Below, in pieces: positions 27,522 through 37,387 of a stretch of 64,000 bases of DNA. A program made the position numbers and the translations under genes. A model generated the notes under the pieces. It had not been told where the DNA came from. It was given only the letters and a program-made list of their open reading frames with translations, and made no database searches. Origin of the DNA: Planctomycetota bacterium (lineage in GTDB: Bacteria > Planctomycetota > PLA2); the NCBI GenBank assembly GCA_021776785.1, contig JAJFFF010000001.1, positions 187,129-251,128 on the forward strand. Direction: 5' to 3'. Numbering within the stretch: the first letter of the stretch is position 1; each line of letters opens with the position of its first letter.

Positions 27522-28253
27522 GTGCTTCGATGGGCGATTTTCTTGGCTGTGTTGGGTGGCGCGTCCGGTTGCGGCGACGAGCCCGCTCCGACGCCTTCGG
27601 TGGACGCTTCCGCGTGGCAGGAGCAGCGCGACCGCATGGTTGCGACCACGATTGCTACGCGCGGTGTGAAGGACGAAGCCGTGTTGGCCGCGATGCGATC
27701 GGTTCCGCGGCATGCGTTTGTGCCGGAGTCGCATCGGCAGCACGCGTACGACGATCGCCCGCTTCCCATCGGCGACGGACAGACGATCAGCCAACCGTTT
27801 CTCGTTGCGATCATGGCGCAGGAGGCGCACATCGAGCCCGGCGACAAGGTGTTGGAGGTCGGGACCGGGTCCGGCTACAGCGCGGCGGTGTTGTCGAAGC
27901 TGGCGAAAAACGTGTGCACGATCGAAATCGTGCAGTCGCTCGGTGAGCAAGCCGCGGCGCGCCTTAAAGAACTCGGGTTTTCCAACGTCGCCGTTCGCAT
28001 CGGCGATGGCTACCAGGGTTGGGCGGAAGAGGGGCCGTTTGACGCGATCATCGTGACGGCGGCGTCGCCCGAAGTGCCCGAACCGCTCAAGCAACAGCTC
28101 AAGGTCGGTGGTCGGCTCGTGATTCCGGTCGGCACCAACGTGCAACACCTGCGCGTCATCACGTGCCATCTCGATGGGTTTCGCGAGGAGCCGCTCTTTC
28201 GCGTGCGGCTGGGCCCAATGACCGGCGAAGCAGCGAAGGCCGAGGACCGCTGA
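27522..28253 (+). CDS. pcm: protein-L-isoaspartate O-methyltransferase, lipoprotein form
   Basis: Pcm motifs are present (GDGQTISQPFLVAIMAQ, VLEVGTGSGYSAAVLSKLA, RLVIPVG). GTG 27522 gives MLRWAIFLAVLGGASGC, a lipobox-like signal. The track ORF starts at 27471. Confidence 0.8.
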   Translation: MLRWAIFLAVLGGASGCGDEPAPTPSVDASAWQEQRDRMVATTIATRGVKDEAVLAAMRSVPRHAFVPESHRQHAYDDRPLPIGDGQTISQPFLVAIMAQEAHIEPGDKVLEVGTGSGYSAAVLSKLAKNVCTIEIVQSLGEQAAARLKELGFSNVAVRIGDGYQGWAEEGPFDAIIVTAASPEVPEPLKQQLKVGGRLVIPVGTNVQHLRVITCHLDGFREEPLFRVRLGPMTGEAAKAEDR

Positions 28254-28301
28254 CGCGACGTAGCGCGGCTCTGCTCACACGAACCTGCTAGCGGGAACGT
28301 G

Positions 28302-29207
28302 TCAGTTCTGCGCGGACGCAGCGGCGTCGCGGCGGGCCGCCGCGTAGATCGGCCGAATCTTGGCGGTCGCGATCGCTGCTTGTGCACGAAGCTCTTCGCT
28401 CGGGTCGGACTGTGCGCCGTGCAGCGTTGGCAGCGCGGCGGTGGCGCGCGCGCCGTAGTCTCCCAACAAGATGGCCGCTTCGACGCGCACGTCGTCGTCT
28501 TCGGACGAGGCGAGGCACGAGATCAACGCCCAGATCGCGGCGTCTTGATACATGCCGATGCTGCGGAGGGCATCCGCGCACGCGAGAGCCAGAAACGGAT
28601 CGTCGCGGTGGAGCTCGTCGCGAAGCGCGGCGGCAATGGGGCGCGCGTCGCGACCATACATCGAAAGCGCGTCCGCGACGCAACAACCGAGTTCGCCACC
28701 CTCGTCGGTCAACATCGCGGCGAGCGGTTCCAACGCTTCGGGAGCGCCGGTTCGGCCGAGCGCCCAGATCGCGCGGCGCCGCACGTCATCGGCGTCTTGG
28801 TCCGCGATGCGCAATAGGTCGGACACGGCCAGCGTCGCCGCCGGACCGATCGCGCCCAACGCGCGACACGCCAGCAAGCGGACGGCGTCGCGCTCGTCCG
28901 TCAAACAGATCATCAGATCCGGAACCGCGACCACGCCGACGGCGCCGAGCGCGTCCGCGGCGTCGCACGCGAGATCTTGGTCGCGGCCCTTGAGCACGCC
29001 GATCAGCGCGGGCAACGCCGGGCGTGCACTCTCGCCGAGGCCCTCAAGCACAAACATCGCGTCGCGCTGCAAGCGGGGGCTGCCCTGGGCGACCGCATCC
29101 GCGAGGTCGGCAGCGGCGATGGCCGCCTTTGGTCCCATGGAACGGAGCCTGTCCCTCGCGTCTTGGTCTCCGCGCCAGAGACGCTCTAACAAAGCTTCAA
29201 TTTTCAC
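28302..29207 (-). CDS. HEAT-repeat (PBS-lyase-type) protein
   Basis: Recurrent ~30-aa units of the form D..VR..A..ALG.IG...A.P.L...L.D. Confidence 0.65.
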   Translation of the reverse strand: MKIEALLERLWRGDQDARDRLRSMGPKAAIAAADLADAVAQGSPRLQRDAMFVLEGLGESARPALPALIGVLKGRDQDLACDAADALGAVGVVAVPDLMICLTDERDAVRLLACRALGAIGPAATLAVSDLLRIADQDADDVRRRAIWALGRTGAPEALEPLAAMLTDEGGELGCCVADALSMYGRDARPIAAALRDELHRDDPFLALACADALRSIGMYQDAAIWALISCLASSEDDDVRVEAAILLGDYGARATAALPTLHGAQSDPSEELRAQAAIATAKIRPIYAAARRDAAASAQN

Positions 29208-29519
29208 CGCAGCCCTAACCTACATGGCTTTGGTGACGGATGCCGCTATGACCGCAACATGGTTCCGCGGGAAAGTGCGGCGGCGTTTAACGCTCACGAC
29301 ACGCGCGCGGGCGCGGTCGTTGCAAGCGGCCGCGATGGGCCGTTTCATGGGTGAAATCGAGGGAGTTGAGCTGAGTTTTCGTGCCACCGGGACAAAATCG
29401 GAAAAAAGTACCGCGAATGTGGCGGACTCCGCGGCAAAACGTCGTTGATGCCAGTGGTTGTGGGTGGGTAGCCCTGCTTTGCCGTCATTTACCCGTGGGG
29501 AGCCCACTCGCCCAGGGTT

Positions 29520-29730
29520 GATTATTTTGAAAGTGCCGAAACACGTCTAACTGGATTGGTCGCAGCGCCGGTGGAGAGCCTTTGGGATTGGTCTCTCCGC
29601 CGGATCCCTGTCTGTGGTCCGAATTCCCGTTTCCATCGAGACCTATCGAGAGGTGGGTAACACCGACGTGCCGAAGCCTTTCAAAGCAACCTGCGAGGGC
29701 CCGGCCTTTGGGCCGGGCTTTCGTTTTTTC
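29520..29730 (+). ncRNA. candidate small RNA ending in an intrinsic terminator (no family assigned)
   Basis: It lies in a 737-bp gap with no credible CDS. Paired segments are visible (ccggtggagag/ctctccgccgg). A strong plus-oriented terminator closes it at 29697-29730, with no plus-strand CDS upstream. Confidence 0.2.
29697..29730 (+). terminator. rho-independent terminator
   Basis: gggcccggcc-tttg-ggccgggc hairpin followed immediately by tttcgttttttc. Confidence 0.65.
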
Positions 29731-29944
29731 AGCGCACGTTGCGCAAGCCCCTTTGGCCCAACATCTGACGAAGCAGGCATGCCCTTGGATGTGCGTCGTC
29801 GCCTCTGGCGGCTTGTGTGCGTGTTCACTGGTGGCGCGTCGTAGTTAGACGCTCGGGCGGTTTGCATGCCCCTCGGATGATGCGGATGTGCTTGCGATGC
29901 GAGGCGTACGGCTCACGCTTTCGGTCCGTGACTGCGGCTCGCCG

Positions 29945-31012
29945 CTAGTCGCCCACCGCGCCCGTGAGGCCCCGGGCCCCGGCCCCAGCAACAAGCGCGG
30001 CCCAGGCTAGTTTGGCCGTACCGTCGTGGTTGCGCAGTCCGATCGTCGCTAAAAAACCGCGGAACGCGGGCGCGGTTGATCCGTAGTACACGGTGAACGT
30101 GTCCACAGTCGCTTCCGACCAGTCGTGGAGGTGTTCGAATGCGATGTGCGAGATCGTTGTCTTGTGGTCATCCCATGCGGCGAACACCGCGACGACGAAA
30201 TCGCGTTGCATGGTTTCGCTGCTCCCGGTGTCGGGACTTGAGGGGTAGCCGCACTCTTGGATGATCACTTCGCGTCCCGGATACGCCGCCGTGATGGCGT
30301 CGAAATCAGAACCGACGACGCTTGGGGCGCGTACCAAGCCGTTCGCCGCGAGTGGGTAATACGTTACCGAGACGAAGTCCGTCACCTCGTTCAACGTTGC
30401 GATGCGTGCTTGGCTCGCGCCGATGAGTTCGTTGAACTGCGCGGTTACGCCGACGGCGAGTCCGGGTCGCAACGTCCGTGCGTGTGCGCGCGCCGCCATG
30501 AGAAACGTGCGGTACGCAGCGTAGTCTTCCTCCGTCTGCAACACGCTCGCCACCTCGTTGCCGATGGCTAGCGCGGGAATGTCGACGTCGGGCATGCGCG
30601 CGAACAAAAAGTCCAAGAGCTTGGCGAAACGCTGGATCATGACGGGGTCGTCCCACGCCACGTTTTGTAGATCCGCGGGCACCTCGCGCCGCACCGTGTT
30701 GATCGGTCGCAGTGTGAGATACAACGGAATCCCGCGCGCCGGGTAGTAGATGTTGGCGATATCGGGGAACGTCGCGTCGTACGTCTCAGGCGCACCCTCG
30801 AGACCGCTCCAATCCAGATGCAGATGAAGCGCCCGCGCACCCGCGCTCACCGCGAGATTGACCGCGGCATCGAAGTCGCCGTCGGACGCTTCCGACGCAT
30901 GGATGCCGAGCACGCGCCAGTCCGGCCCTGCTCCGGGTGCGTTGCTTCCGCCTCCGCATCCCGCCAACACGAGAAGCGAAATCAAGCCGAGGCGCGCAGC
31001 GTGCGTGATCAT
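29945..31012 (-). CDS. lipoprotein, putative clan GH-A (TIM-barrel) glycoside hydrolase
   Basis: The ATG at 31012 gives MITHAARLGLISLLVLAGCGGG (lipobox). The AIGNEV motif resembles the conserved N-E acid/base of GH-A families. Confidence 0.5.
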   Translation of the reverse strand: MITHAARLGLISLLVLAGCGGGSNAPGAGPDWRVLGIHASEASDGDFDAAVNLAVSAGARALHLHLDWSGLEGAPETYDATFPDIANIYYPARGIPLYLTLRPINTVRREVPADLQNVAWDDPVMIQRFAKLLDFLFARMPDVDIPALAIGNEVASVLQTEEDYAAYRTFLMAARAHARTLRPGLAVGVTAQFNELIGASQARIATLNEVTDFVSVTYYPLAANGLVRAPSVVGSDFDAITAAYPGREVIIQECGYPSSPDTGSSETMQRDFVVAVFAAWDDHKTTISHIAFEHLHDWSEATVDTFTVYYGSTAPAFRGFLATIGLRNHDGTAKLAWAALVAGAGARGLTGAVGD

Positions 31013-31157
31013 GGCCGCCGTTTTCGCAAAGGCCGTTCCGCGGTCAACCCCGTTGCGAACGCAAAGATGCCGGGCGCCGCTGTGCACAACCCATACAAAC
31101 TGTGCGCGATGCGCAGGAAGGACCGCCCCGGTTTGAAACGAGGCGGTTTGACCTTCC

Positions 31158-31463
31158 TTACATCAGCCCGAGCTGTAGCTTGGCTGCTTCGCTGAGCTTG
31201 GTCTGATCCCAGGGCGGATCCCAAACCAGGTCAACGGCGGCGGTGTCGACGCCTTCGACGGCGAGGACTTTTTGTTCGACTTCGCCGGGCAGCGTGCCCG
31301 CCACCGGACACGCCGGCGACGTCAGCGTCATCTTCACGTACGCGTGGTCATCGGCATCGACCTTGACCTCGTAGATCAAGCCCAAGTCGTAGATGTTGAC
31401 CGGAATTTCTGGGTCAAACACCGTTTGCAGCGCCGCGATGATGCGTTCTTTTGTGGATTCCAT
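31158..31463 (-). CDS. sufT: Fe-S cluster assembly protein SufT (DUF59/MIP18 family)
   Basis: IYDLGLIYEVKVDADDHAYVKMTLTSPACPVAG matches DUF59. It is the last gene of the suf operon. Confidence 0.75.
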   Translation of the reverse strand: MESTKERIIAALQTVFDPEIPVNIYDLGLIYEVKVDADDHAYVKMTLTSPACPVAGTLPGEVEQKVLAVEGVDTAAVDLVWDPPWDQTKLSEAAKLQLGLM

Positions 31464-31478
31464 CGTTTCGTCTCTCTT

Positions 31479-31922
31479 CTACTCCGTGGTCGCGACTTTG
31501 TCTTCGCCCTTGAGCGCGGCGAGCAGTGTGTGCCACGACAGCGTCGCACACTTTACGCGCATCGGGAACTCTCGCACGCCGGAGAACACGGCCAATTTTT
31601 CCAAACTTTCGTGGGGCTCGACCGGCTTCGTGACCAACTCGCGAAAGTGGCCAAACAGCTCTTTGGTCTGCGCCACGGTCATGCCCTTGACCATTTGCGT
31701 CAGCAGCGACGCCGATGCCGTGGAGATCGCACATCCCTGCCCCTGAAACGAGACGTCCGCGATGGTTTCGCCGTCCATCGTCACGAACATGTGAATGCGA
31801 TCGCCGCAAAGAGGGTTGTGCCCATCGGCTTCGCGCTGCGCGTTTTCGATCACACGAAAGTTCCGCGGCTTGCGCCCGTGGTCCAGAATCAACTGCTGGT
31901 ACAGATCGCGCAGTTCGCTCAT
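31479..31922 (-). CDS. sufU: SufU/IscU-like Fe-S scaffold / sulfurtransferase (NifU N-terminal fold)
   Basis: NPLCGDRIHMF, FQGQGCAISTASASL and VKCATLSWH are present. The internal ATG at 31922 overlaps the sufS stop. Confidence 0.8.
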   Translation of the reverse strand: MSELRDLYQQLILDHGRKPRNFRVIENAQREADGHNPLCGDRIHMFVTMDGETIADVSFQGQGCAISTASASLLTQMVKGMTVAQTKELFGHFRELVTKPVEPHESLEKLAVFSGVREFPMRVKCATLSWHTLLAALKGEDKVATTE

Positions 31923-33157
31923 GCGCCAAACAACTCCCGCACCTGGGCCATACCCGCCGCCAATGCGGCGACTTCTTCGTGCGTGTTGTAGAGCGCAAAC
32001 GACGCGCGCGCCGTCGCGTGGACGCCGAAGCTCTCCAGCAACGGTTGCGCGCAATGGTGGCCAGTTCGTATGGCGACGCGAGCTTGGTCCAGGATCGTGC
32101 CGATGTCGTGTGGGTGCACACCATCCATGACGAACGCGACGACGGCCGCTTTGTGGGCTGCGGTCCCGATCAGGCGGACATCATCCCATTGACGTAGCCG
32201 GGCGGTCGCGTCGTCATGCAGCGCACGCTCGTGAAGCGCCGCCCCGTCGAGGTCGATGGTCTTCATCCATTCGAGCGCCGCGCCGAGGCCGACGGCGCCC
32301 GCTATGTTGGGCGTCCCGGCTTCGAACTTATAGGGCAGGTCGTTCCAGACGGTGTTGGTCAGCGACACCAGTTTGATCATGTCGCCGCCGCCTTGATAGG
32401 GCGGCATGTCGTCCAGTAACTCCTGTTTCCCGTAAAGCACGCCGATACCAGTCGGGCCGAAGACTTTGTGGCCGCTAAACGCAAAGAAGTCGGCGCCCAA
32501 CGCCTGCACATCGACGCGCTGGTGCGGCATCGCCTGCGCCCCGTCCACCAAAACGGCGACGCCGCGCTCATGCGCAAGGCGGACGATCTCGGCAACCGGG
32601 TTGATCGTACCGATCGCGTTGGACGTATGCACCACCGACACAAACTTCGTGCGTTCGGTGAGCAATGCGCGCCACGCGTCGAGGTCGAGCTCGCCCTGCG
32701 GCGTGACGGGCGCGACGCGAACGACCGCCCCCGTCTGCTCCGCGACCATCTGCCACGGCACAAAGTTGGAGTGGTGCTCCATCTGCGTGATCAGGATTTC
32801 GTCGCCGGCGCCCAACAGCGGTCGCACATAACTCTGCGCGACCAAGTTGACCGACTCGGTGGTCCCGCGCGTGAACACGATCTCACAACGATCATGGGCG
32901 TGGATGTAGCGCTGAACGATGTCCCGCGCGTTTTCGTAGCGCCGCGTGGCCTCCGCGCTTAGGCGGTGGACGCCGCGGTGCACGTTGGACGTAGCGTCGC
33001 GATACAGGTCCAGGACCGCATCCAGCACACACTGCGGCTTTTGCGCCGTCGCCGCGTTGTCGAGATACGCGAGCGGCGGCTCCGTACCCGATGAGCGGGC
33101 AAAAAACGGGAAGTCGTTGCGAATCGCATCGACAGAAAATCCGGTGGCCTGAGACAT
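31919..33157 (-). CDS. sufS: class II cysteine desulfurase SufS
   Basis: AYLDNAATAQKP, FSGHKVFGPTGIGVLYGK and RTGHHCAQPLL (active-site Cys loop) are present. The start is at ATG 33157; the track ORF has a 147-aa spurious N-terminal extension. Confidence 0.9.
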   Translation of the reverse strand: MSQATGFSVDAIRNDFPFFARSSGTEPPLAYLDNAATAQKPQCVLDAVLDLYRDATSNVHRGVHRLSAEATRRYENARDIVQRYIHAHDRCEIVFTRGTTESVNLVAQSYVRPLLGAGDEILITQMEHHSNFVPWQMVAEQTGAVVRVAPVTPQGELDLDAWRALLTERTKFVSVVHTSNAIGTINPVAEIVRLAHERGVAVLVDGAQAMPHQRVDVQALGADFFAFSGHKVFGPTGIGVLYGKQELLDDMPPYQGGGDMIKLVSLTNTVWNDLPYKFEAGTPNIAGAVGLGAALEWMKTIDLDGAALHERALHDDATARLRQWDDVRLIGTAAHKAAVVAFVMDGVHPHDIGTILDQARVAIRTGHHCAQPLLESFGVHATARASFALYNTHEEVAALAAGMAQVRELFGA

Positions 33158-33183
33158 GGGGAAGCGCGCGAGGCGCTGCGGGA

Positions 33184-34452
33184 CTAATCGATTTCGTCCG
33201 GCAGACGCTCCGCGATCAAGTTGTTGATGTGTTCTCGGACGGGCTCGATCTCGATTTGATTGGTGACTTCGCTCGCGAAGGCGCGAACCAAGAGCTTGCG
33301 AGCTTCCGGCGCTCGTACGCCGCGCGCACGCAGATAAAACAGCGCGTCCTCGTCGAGCTGACCGATCGTCGCGCCGTGCGTGCACTTCACGTCGTCGGCG
33401 TAGATCTCCAACTGCGGCTTGGAGTCCGCGACCGCCTCGTTGCTGAGCAGTAAGTTTGAGCTCGACTGCTTGGCGTCGGTCTTTTGCGCGTCGGGGAACA
33501 CGTGGATGTATCCGCTGAACACGCTGCTCGACTGATCGCCGAGGATGCCCTTGTACAGCTCGTGGCTGTCGCAGTGCGGCTTCCGGTGCTCCAGCCACGT
33601 GTGATTGTCAACGTGTTGCGCGTCTCTCGTCAATGAAACGCCGTTGAGCGTCGTGACAATCCCTTCGCCGTCGAGCGCGGCGCGCAGGTTGTTGCGGACA
33701 AGGCGCCCGCCGACGGTCGCGACCGAATTCGTCAACCGCGAATCGCGATCCTGGTGGATGTGCGTCGCCGTAACGTGAAGTGCGTGGTCATTTTCGGTCT
33801 GCAAGCGATGGTGAACGAAGCTCGCGTTGGCGCCGACGATTGTTTCCGTCACCGAGTTGGTGAAGTGCGCTGCCTCGCCGTGCGAGACGTACTGTTCCAC
33901 CAATGTCGCTTCCGCGCCGTCGTCGATCATGAAGAGGTTGCGCGGATAAACCGACTTTTCGGTGCCCACATAGAGCACGTAGAGCGGTTCTTCGATGCGC
34001 GTGCCTTTGGGCACATGGAGAAACGCACCGTCTTCTAGAAACGCCGTGTTGAGGGCGGTGAACGGCTGCGTTTCGGCATCCGCGAACTTCGCCAGACGCG
34101 CGCCGACCAAGTCGGGGTTTTGTTCCAGCGCGTCTTTCAGGCTTAGGAAGGTCACGCCGCTCGGAACGTGCGACAGATCCGCGCGGAAGTGGCCGTCCAC
34201 AAACACGAGTCCGCGGCCGAGGCCGAGTGACTGGGCGTCGGCCGACGCCAACAGGTTGGTCGTGGGGCGTCCCAGCGGCAACGTGAGGTTGGCGATGGGA
34301 GACACATCGGTGTACGCCCATTCCTCCTCGCGGCGCGTCGGGAAGCCGAGCGCGCGGAAGCGATCGATGGCGCGACGCCGCAGCGTCTGCACGGCATCGT
34401 CGCGCCCATCCGCGAACTCATTAAACTTGGTAGCAAAATGCTCGGTGTTCAT
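33184..34452 (-). CDS. sufD: Fe-S cluster assembly protein SufD
   Basis: Between sufC and sufS. C-terminal SufB/D beta-helix signature (LLLSNEAVADSKPQLEIYADDVKCTHGATIGQLDEDALFYLRARG). Confidence 0.85.
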   Translation of the reverse strand: MNTEHFATKFNEFADGRDDAVQTLRRRAIDRFRALGFPTRREEEWAYTDVSPIANLTLPLGRPTTNLLASADAQSLGLGRGLVFVDGHFRADLSHVPSGVTFLSLKDALEQNPDLVGARLAKFADAETQPFTALNTAFLEDGAFLHVPKGTRIEEPLYVLYVGTEKSVYPRNLFMIDDGAEATLVEQYVSHGEAAHFTNSVTETIVGANASFVHHRLQTENDHALHVTATHIHQDRDSRLTNSVATVGGRLVRNNLRAALDGEGIVTTLNGVSLTRDAQHVDNHTWLEHRKPHCDSHELYKGILGDQSSSVFSGYIHVFPDAQKTDAKQSSSNLLLSNEAVADSKPQLEIYADDVKCTHGATIGQLDEDALFYLRARGVRAPEARKLLVRAFASEVTNQIEIEPVREHINNLIAERLPDEID

Positions 34453-34464
34453 CGGTTCTCGCTT

Positions 34465-35223
34465 TTAGCTAGCCGCTCCGGCGAGCTCTTCGACCCAGCC
34501 GTAGCCCTTTTCTTCGAGCTCCAGCGCCAACTCCTTGCCGCCCGACTTCACGATGCGGCCTTGGTGCAACACGTGCACGTGATCCGGCACGATGTAGTTC
34601 AGCAAACGCTGGTAGTGGGTGATGACTAAGAATCCGCGATCCTTGTTGCGGAGACGGTTGACGCCGTCGGCGACGACGCGCAGCGCGTCGATGTCGAGGC
34701 CGGAATCCGTTTCGTCCAAGACGGCGAGCTTCGGATCGAGCACGGCCATCTGGAAGATCTCGTTGCGCTTCTTTTCGCCGCCCGAGAAACCCTCGTTAAC
34801 CGCACGCGACAAGAACTTCTCGTCCATATCGAGCTCTTTGGCTTTCGCCTTCGCGAGCTTTAGGAAATCGATCGCGTCCAGTTCTTCCAAGCCGCGCGCC
34901 TCGCGCACGGCGTTTACGCCCGCGCGCAGGAAGTAGCTGTTGGACACACCCGGAATCTCGACGGGGTACTGGAACGCCAAGAACAGGCCGGCGTGCGCCC
35001 GCGCGTCGGGAGCCATGTCGAGCAGGTCCTGGCCCAAGAAGTCGACGCTGCCTTCCGTGACTTCGTATTGGTCGCGTCCCGCCAGAACGCTGGCGAGGGT
35101 GCTCTTGCCGGACCCGTTCGGGCCCATGATGGCGTGCACTTCGCCCGCGTCGATGGAAAGGTTAATGCCGCGGAGGATCTCTGTGTCCTCGATACCGGCG
35201 TGCAAGTTGCTGATCTTGAGCAT
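34465..35223 (-). CDS. sufC: Fe-S cluster assembly ATPase SufC
   Basis: Walker A (GPNGSGKST), ABC signature (FSGGEKKR), Walker B ([12 protein letters not shown]) and the H-loop are all present. The start at 35223 is 3 nt after the sufB stop. Confidence 0.9.
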   Translation of the reverse strand: MLKISNLHAGIEDTEILRGINLSIDAGEVHAIMGPNGSGKSTLASVLAGRDQYEVTEGSVDFLGQDLLDMAPDARAHAGLFLAFQYPVEIPGVSNSYFLRAGVNAVREARGLEELDAIDFLKLAKAKAKELDMDEKFLSRAVNEGFSGGEKKRNEIFQMAVLDPKLAVLDETDSGLDIDALRVVADGVNRLRNKDRGFLVITHYQRLLNYIVPDHVHVLHQGRIVKSGGKELALELEEKGYGWVEELAGAAS

Positions 35224-35225
35224 GA

Positions 35226-36674
35226 CTACCCTACGCTCCCTTCGAGGCTGATCCCCAGGAGCTTTTGTGCCTCGACCGCGAACTCCATCGGGAGCTCGCG
35301 GAAAACCTCTTTGCAAAATCCATTCACGATCATCGAGACGGCGTCTTCTTCCGAGATGCCGCGCTGCGCGCAGTAAAACATCTGGTCTTCGCCGATCTTG
35401 CTGGTCGTGGCTTCGTGTTCGACCTGTCCGGTCTTGTTGCGGACTTCGATGTAAGGAAACGTGTGCGCTCCGCACTTGTCGCCGATCAACATCGAATCGC
35501 ACTGACTGTAGTTCCGCGCGTTCTCCGCCTTGGGCATGATCTTCACGAGCCCGCGGTAAGTGTTTTGCGCTTTACCCGCGGAGATGCCCTTCGACACGAT
35601 CACACTGCGCGTGTTCTTGCCGATGTGGATCATCTTCGTGCCCGTGTCCGCCTGCTGGTAGTTGTTCGTGAGCGCAACCGAGTAGAACTCGCCGACGCTC
35701 TCGTCGCCCTGCAGGATGCAGCTCGGGTACTTCCAGGTGACTGCGGAACCGGTTTCAACCTGCGTCCAAGAGATCTTGCTCTTGAATCCGCGGCATGCAC
35801 CGCGCTTCGTAACGAAGTTGAAGATGCCGCCCTTGCCGTTCTTGTCACCGGGATACCAGTTCTGGACGGTGGAGTACTTGATCTGGGCGTTGTCGAGCGC
35901 CACGAGTTCGACAACGGCGGCATGCAGTTGGTTCTCGTCGCGCATGGGGGCTGTGCACCCCTCGAGATAGCTCACGTACGCGCCTTCTTCGGCGATGATG
36001 AGCGTGCGCTCAAACTGTCCCGTGTTGGCCGCGTTGATGCGGAAGTACGTGGACAACTCCATGGGGCAACGAACGCCCTTCGGGATGTAGACAAACGACC
36101 CGTCGGTGAACACGGCGCTGTTGAGCGCCGCAAAGAAGTTGTCGTTGCGCGGTACGACCGAGCCCACGTACTTCTTCACTAGTTCGGGGTGCTCGCGCAC
36201 GGCCTCGCCGAACGAGCAGAAGATGATGCCCTTCTCTTCGAGCGCGCCCTTAAACGTTGTGGCGACGGACACACTGTCAAACACCGCGTCCACGGCGACG
36301 CCCGCGAGCATCTTTTGTTCCGTGAGCGGGATGCCGAGTTTTTCATACGTAGCGAGCAGCTCGGGATCGACTTCGTCCAAGCTCTTCGGCGCGTTCGTTG
36401 TTTTCGGCGCGGAGTAGTAACACGCCGCTTGGTAGTCGATGGGCTCGTATTGGAGCTGAGCCCAATGGTGGGGCTCCTTCATCTTCTTCCACGCGGCGAA
36501 CGCTTCTAAGCGCCACTGCAGCATCCACTCGGGCTCTTCTTTTTTGGCCGAGATAAAGCGAATGGTCCCTTCGTCAAGCCCGACCGGAGCGGCGTCCGCT
36601 TCGATGTCGGTGACAAAGCCCCATTTGTAATCTTGATCGATCCGCTCTTGGATCGCGTCGTCGGTTGTCGACAT
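35226..36674 (-). CDS. sufB: Fe-S cluster assembly scaffold SufB
   Basis: 482 aa from ATG 36674 ([27 protein letters not shown]...). C-terminal ...[37 protein letters not shown]. Confidence 0.9.
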   Translation of the reverse strand: MSTTDDAIQERIDQDYKWGFVTDIEADAAPVGLDEGTIRFISAKKEEPEWMLQWRLEAFAAWKKMKEPHHWAQLQYEPIDYQAACYYSAPKTTNAPKSLDEVDPELLATYEKLGIPLTEQKMLAGVAVDAVFDSVSVATTFKGALEEKGIIFCSFGEAVREHPELVKKYVGSVVPRNDNFFAALNSAVFTDGSFVYIPKGVRCPMELSTYFRINAANTGQFERTLIIAEEGAYVSYLEGCTAPMRDENQLHAAVVELVALDNAQIKYSTVQNWYPGDKNGKGGIFNFVTKRGACRGFKSKISWTQVETGSAVTWKYPSCILQGDESVGEFYSVALTNNYQQADTGTKMIHIGKNTRSVIVSKGISAGKAQNTYRGLVKIMPKAENARNYSQCDSMLIGDKCGAHTFPYIEVRNKTGQVEHEATTSKIGEDQMFYCAQRGISEEDAVSMIVNGFCKEVFRELPMEFAVEAQKLLGISLEGSVG

Positions 36675-36679
36675 ACCTA

Positions 36680-37117
36680 CTAAACCTCCGCCGTCCGAGA
36701 CGAGAACGACATACCCGACGCCATCTCCGAGAGGGGGATGGCATCGAGCGCGTTTCGAACGGCCTGATTGATTCGTTGCCAGTTGGCGCGCGCCGGACAC
36801 GTTTTCTCGATGCCGCACGGGTCCGCTTCCAAGTCCAAGCACTCCGTGATCGCAATCGGCCCTTCCAGGGCGCACACGATCTCACGCACGGAGATGTTTT
36901 TGGGTTCGCGCGCGAGTGCGTAGCCGCCCTTGACGCCGCGATGCGATGTCAAAAGGTCCGCACGAGCGAGCGCTTTTAAGATCTTGCTCGTGGTCGGAAG
37001 CGGCAAGTTCACCATCTGCGCTAAGTCCCGCGCGTTGTGCACGGCGCTTCGCTCCTTCACCGCAAAATGGGTGAGGATGACGATGGCGTAGTCGGTTTGC
37101 TTGGTGATGCGCAGCAT
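36680..37117 (-). CDS. Rrf2-family transcriptional regulator (IscR/SufR-like, probable Fe-S sensing)
   Basis: The wHTH ([19 protein letters not shown]...) is followed by three clustered Cys ([16 protein letters not shown]). It is the first gene of the suf operon. Confidence 0.8.
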   Translation of the reverse strand: MLRITKQTDYAIVILTHFAVKERSAVHNARDLAQMVNLPLPTTSKILKALARADLLTSHRGVKGGYALAREPKNISVREIVCALEGPIAITECLDLEADPCGIEKTCPARANWQRINQAVRNALDAIPLSEMASGMSFSSRTAEV

Positions 37118-37387
37118 GAGTCGAATTCCGGCCCCAAAACCGCCCGTCAGCTCTCTCATGCTGACCCTCGCAGAAGTCGGCGAGGAAAAGAGGATGCTTT
37201 GGGTCCCGTTTCCAAGGGAACCCTATCAGGACCGCTCGAACCGTCAAATTATCGAGGGGCTTGTCGTCCCGACTTCCGAGAAGTCTAATTTCGATAAGTC
37301 CATGACCACAAAGTAGTTATGGAATTAGGACTGGTTAATTCCTCTTTTTGGGGCGCGGGCTTTTCGGGGGATTTCGCGCGGGCGGAT

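Noticed and set aside
28302-29507. Minus-strand ORF 29220..29507 in the same frame as the HEAT-repeat gene and only 4 codons upstream: possible third read-through/selenoprotein case
   Set aside because: The intervening stop is TAG (plus-strand cta at 29220-29222), not TGA. The upstream translation (MGSPRVNDGKAGLPTHNHWHQRR...) has no recognisable fold or redox motif. Treated as non-coding.
29582-29848. Small plus-strand ORFs (88 and 76 aa) in the 29.2-29.9-kb gap as possible small proteins
   Set aside because: No RBS, Cys/Arg-rich low-complexity translation, and the ORFs run through the intrinsic terminator hairpin. A non-coding RNA is the more economical explanation.
31919-36875. Very long N-terminal extensions on the track ORFs for sufS (559 aa), sufC (345 aa), sufB (549 aa), cfa (618 aa), NUDIX and others
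   Set aside because: The extensions are Arg/Pro/Ala-rich with no family similarity. They overlap the preceding gene of the operon, and internal ATGs sit at conserved family N-termini with 3-4-nt overlaps to the upstream stops. This is high-GC stop-codon paucity, not real sequence.
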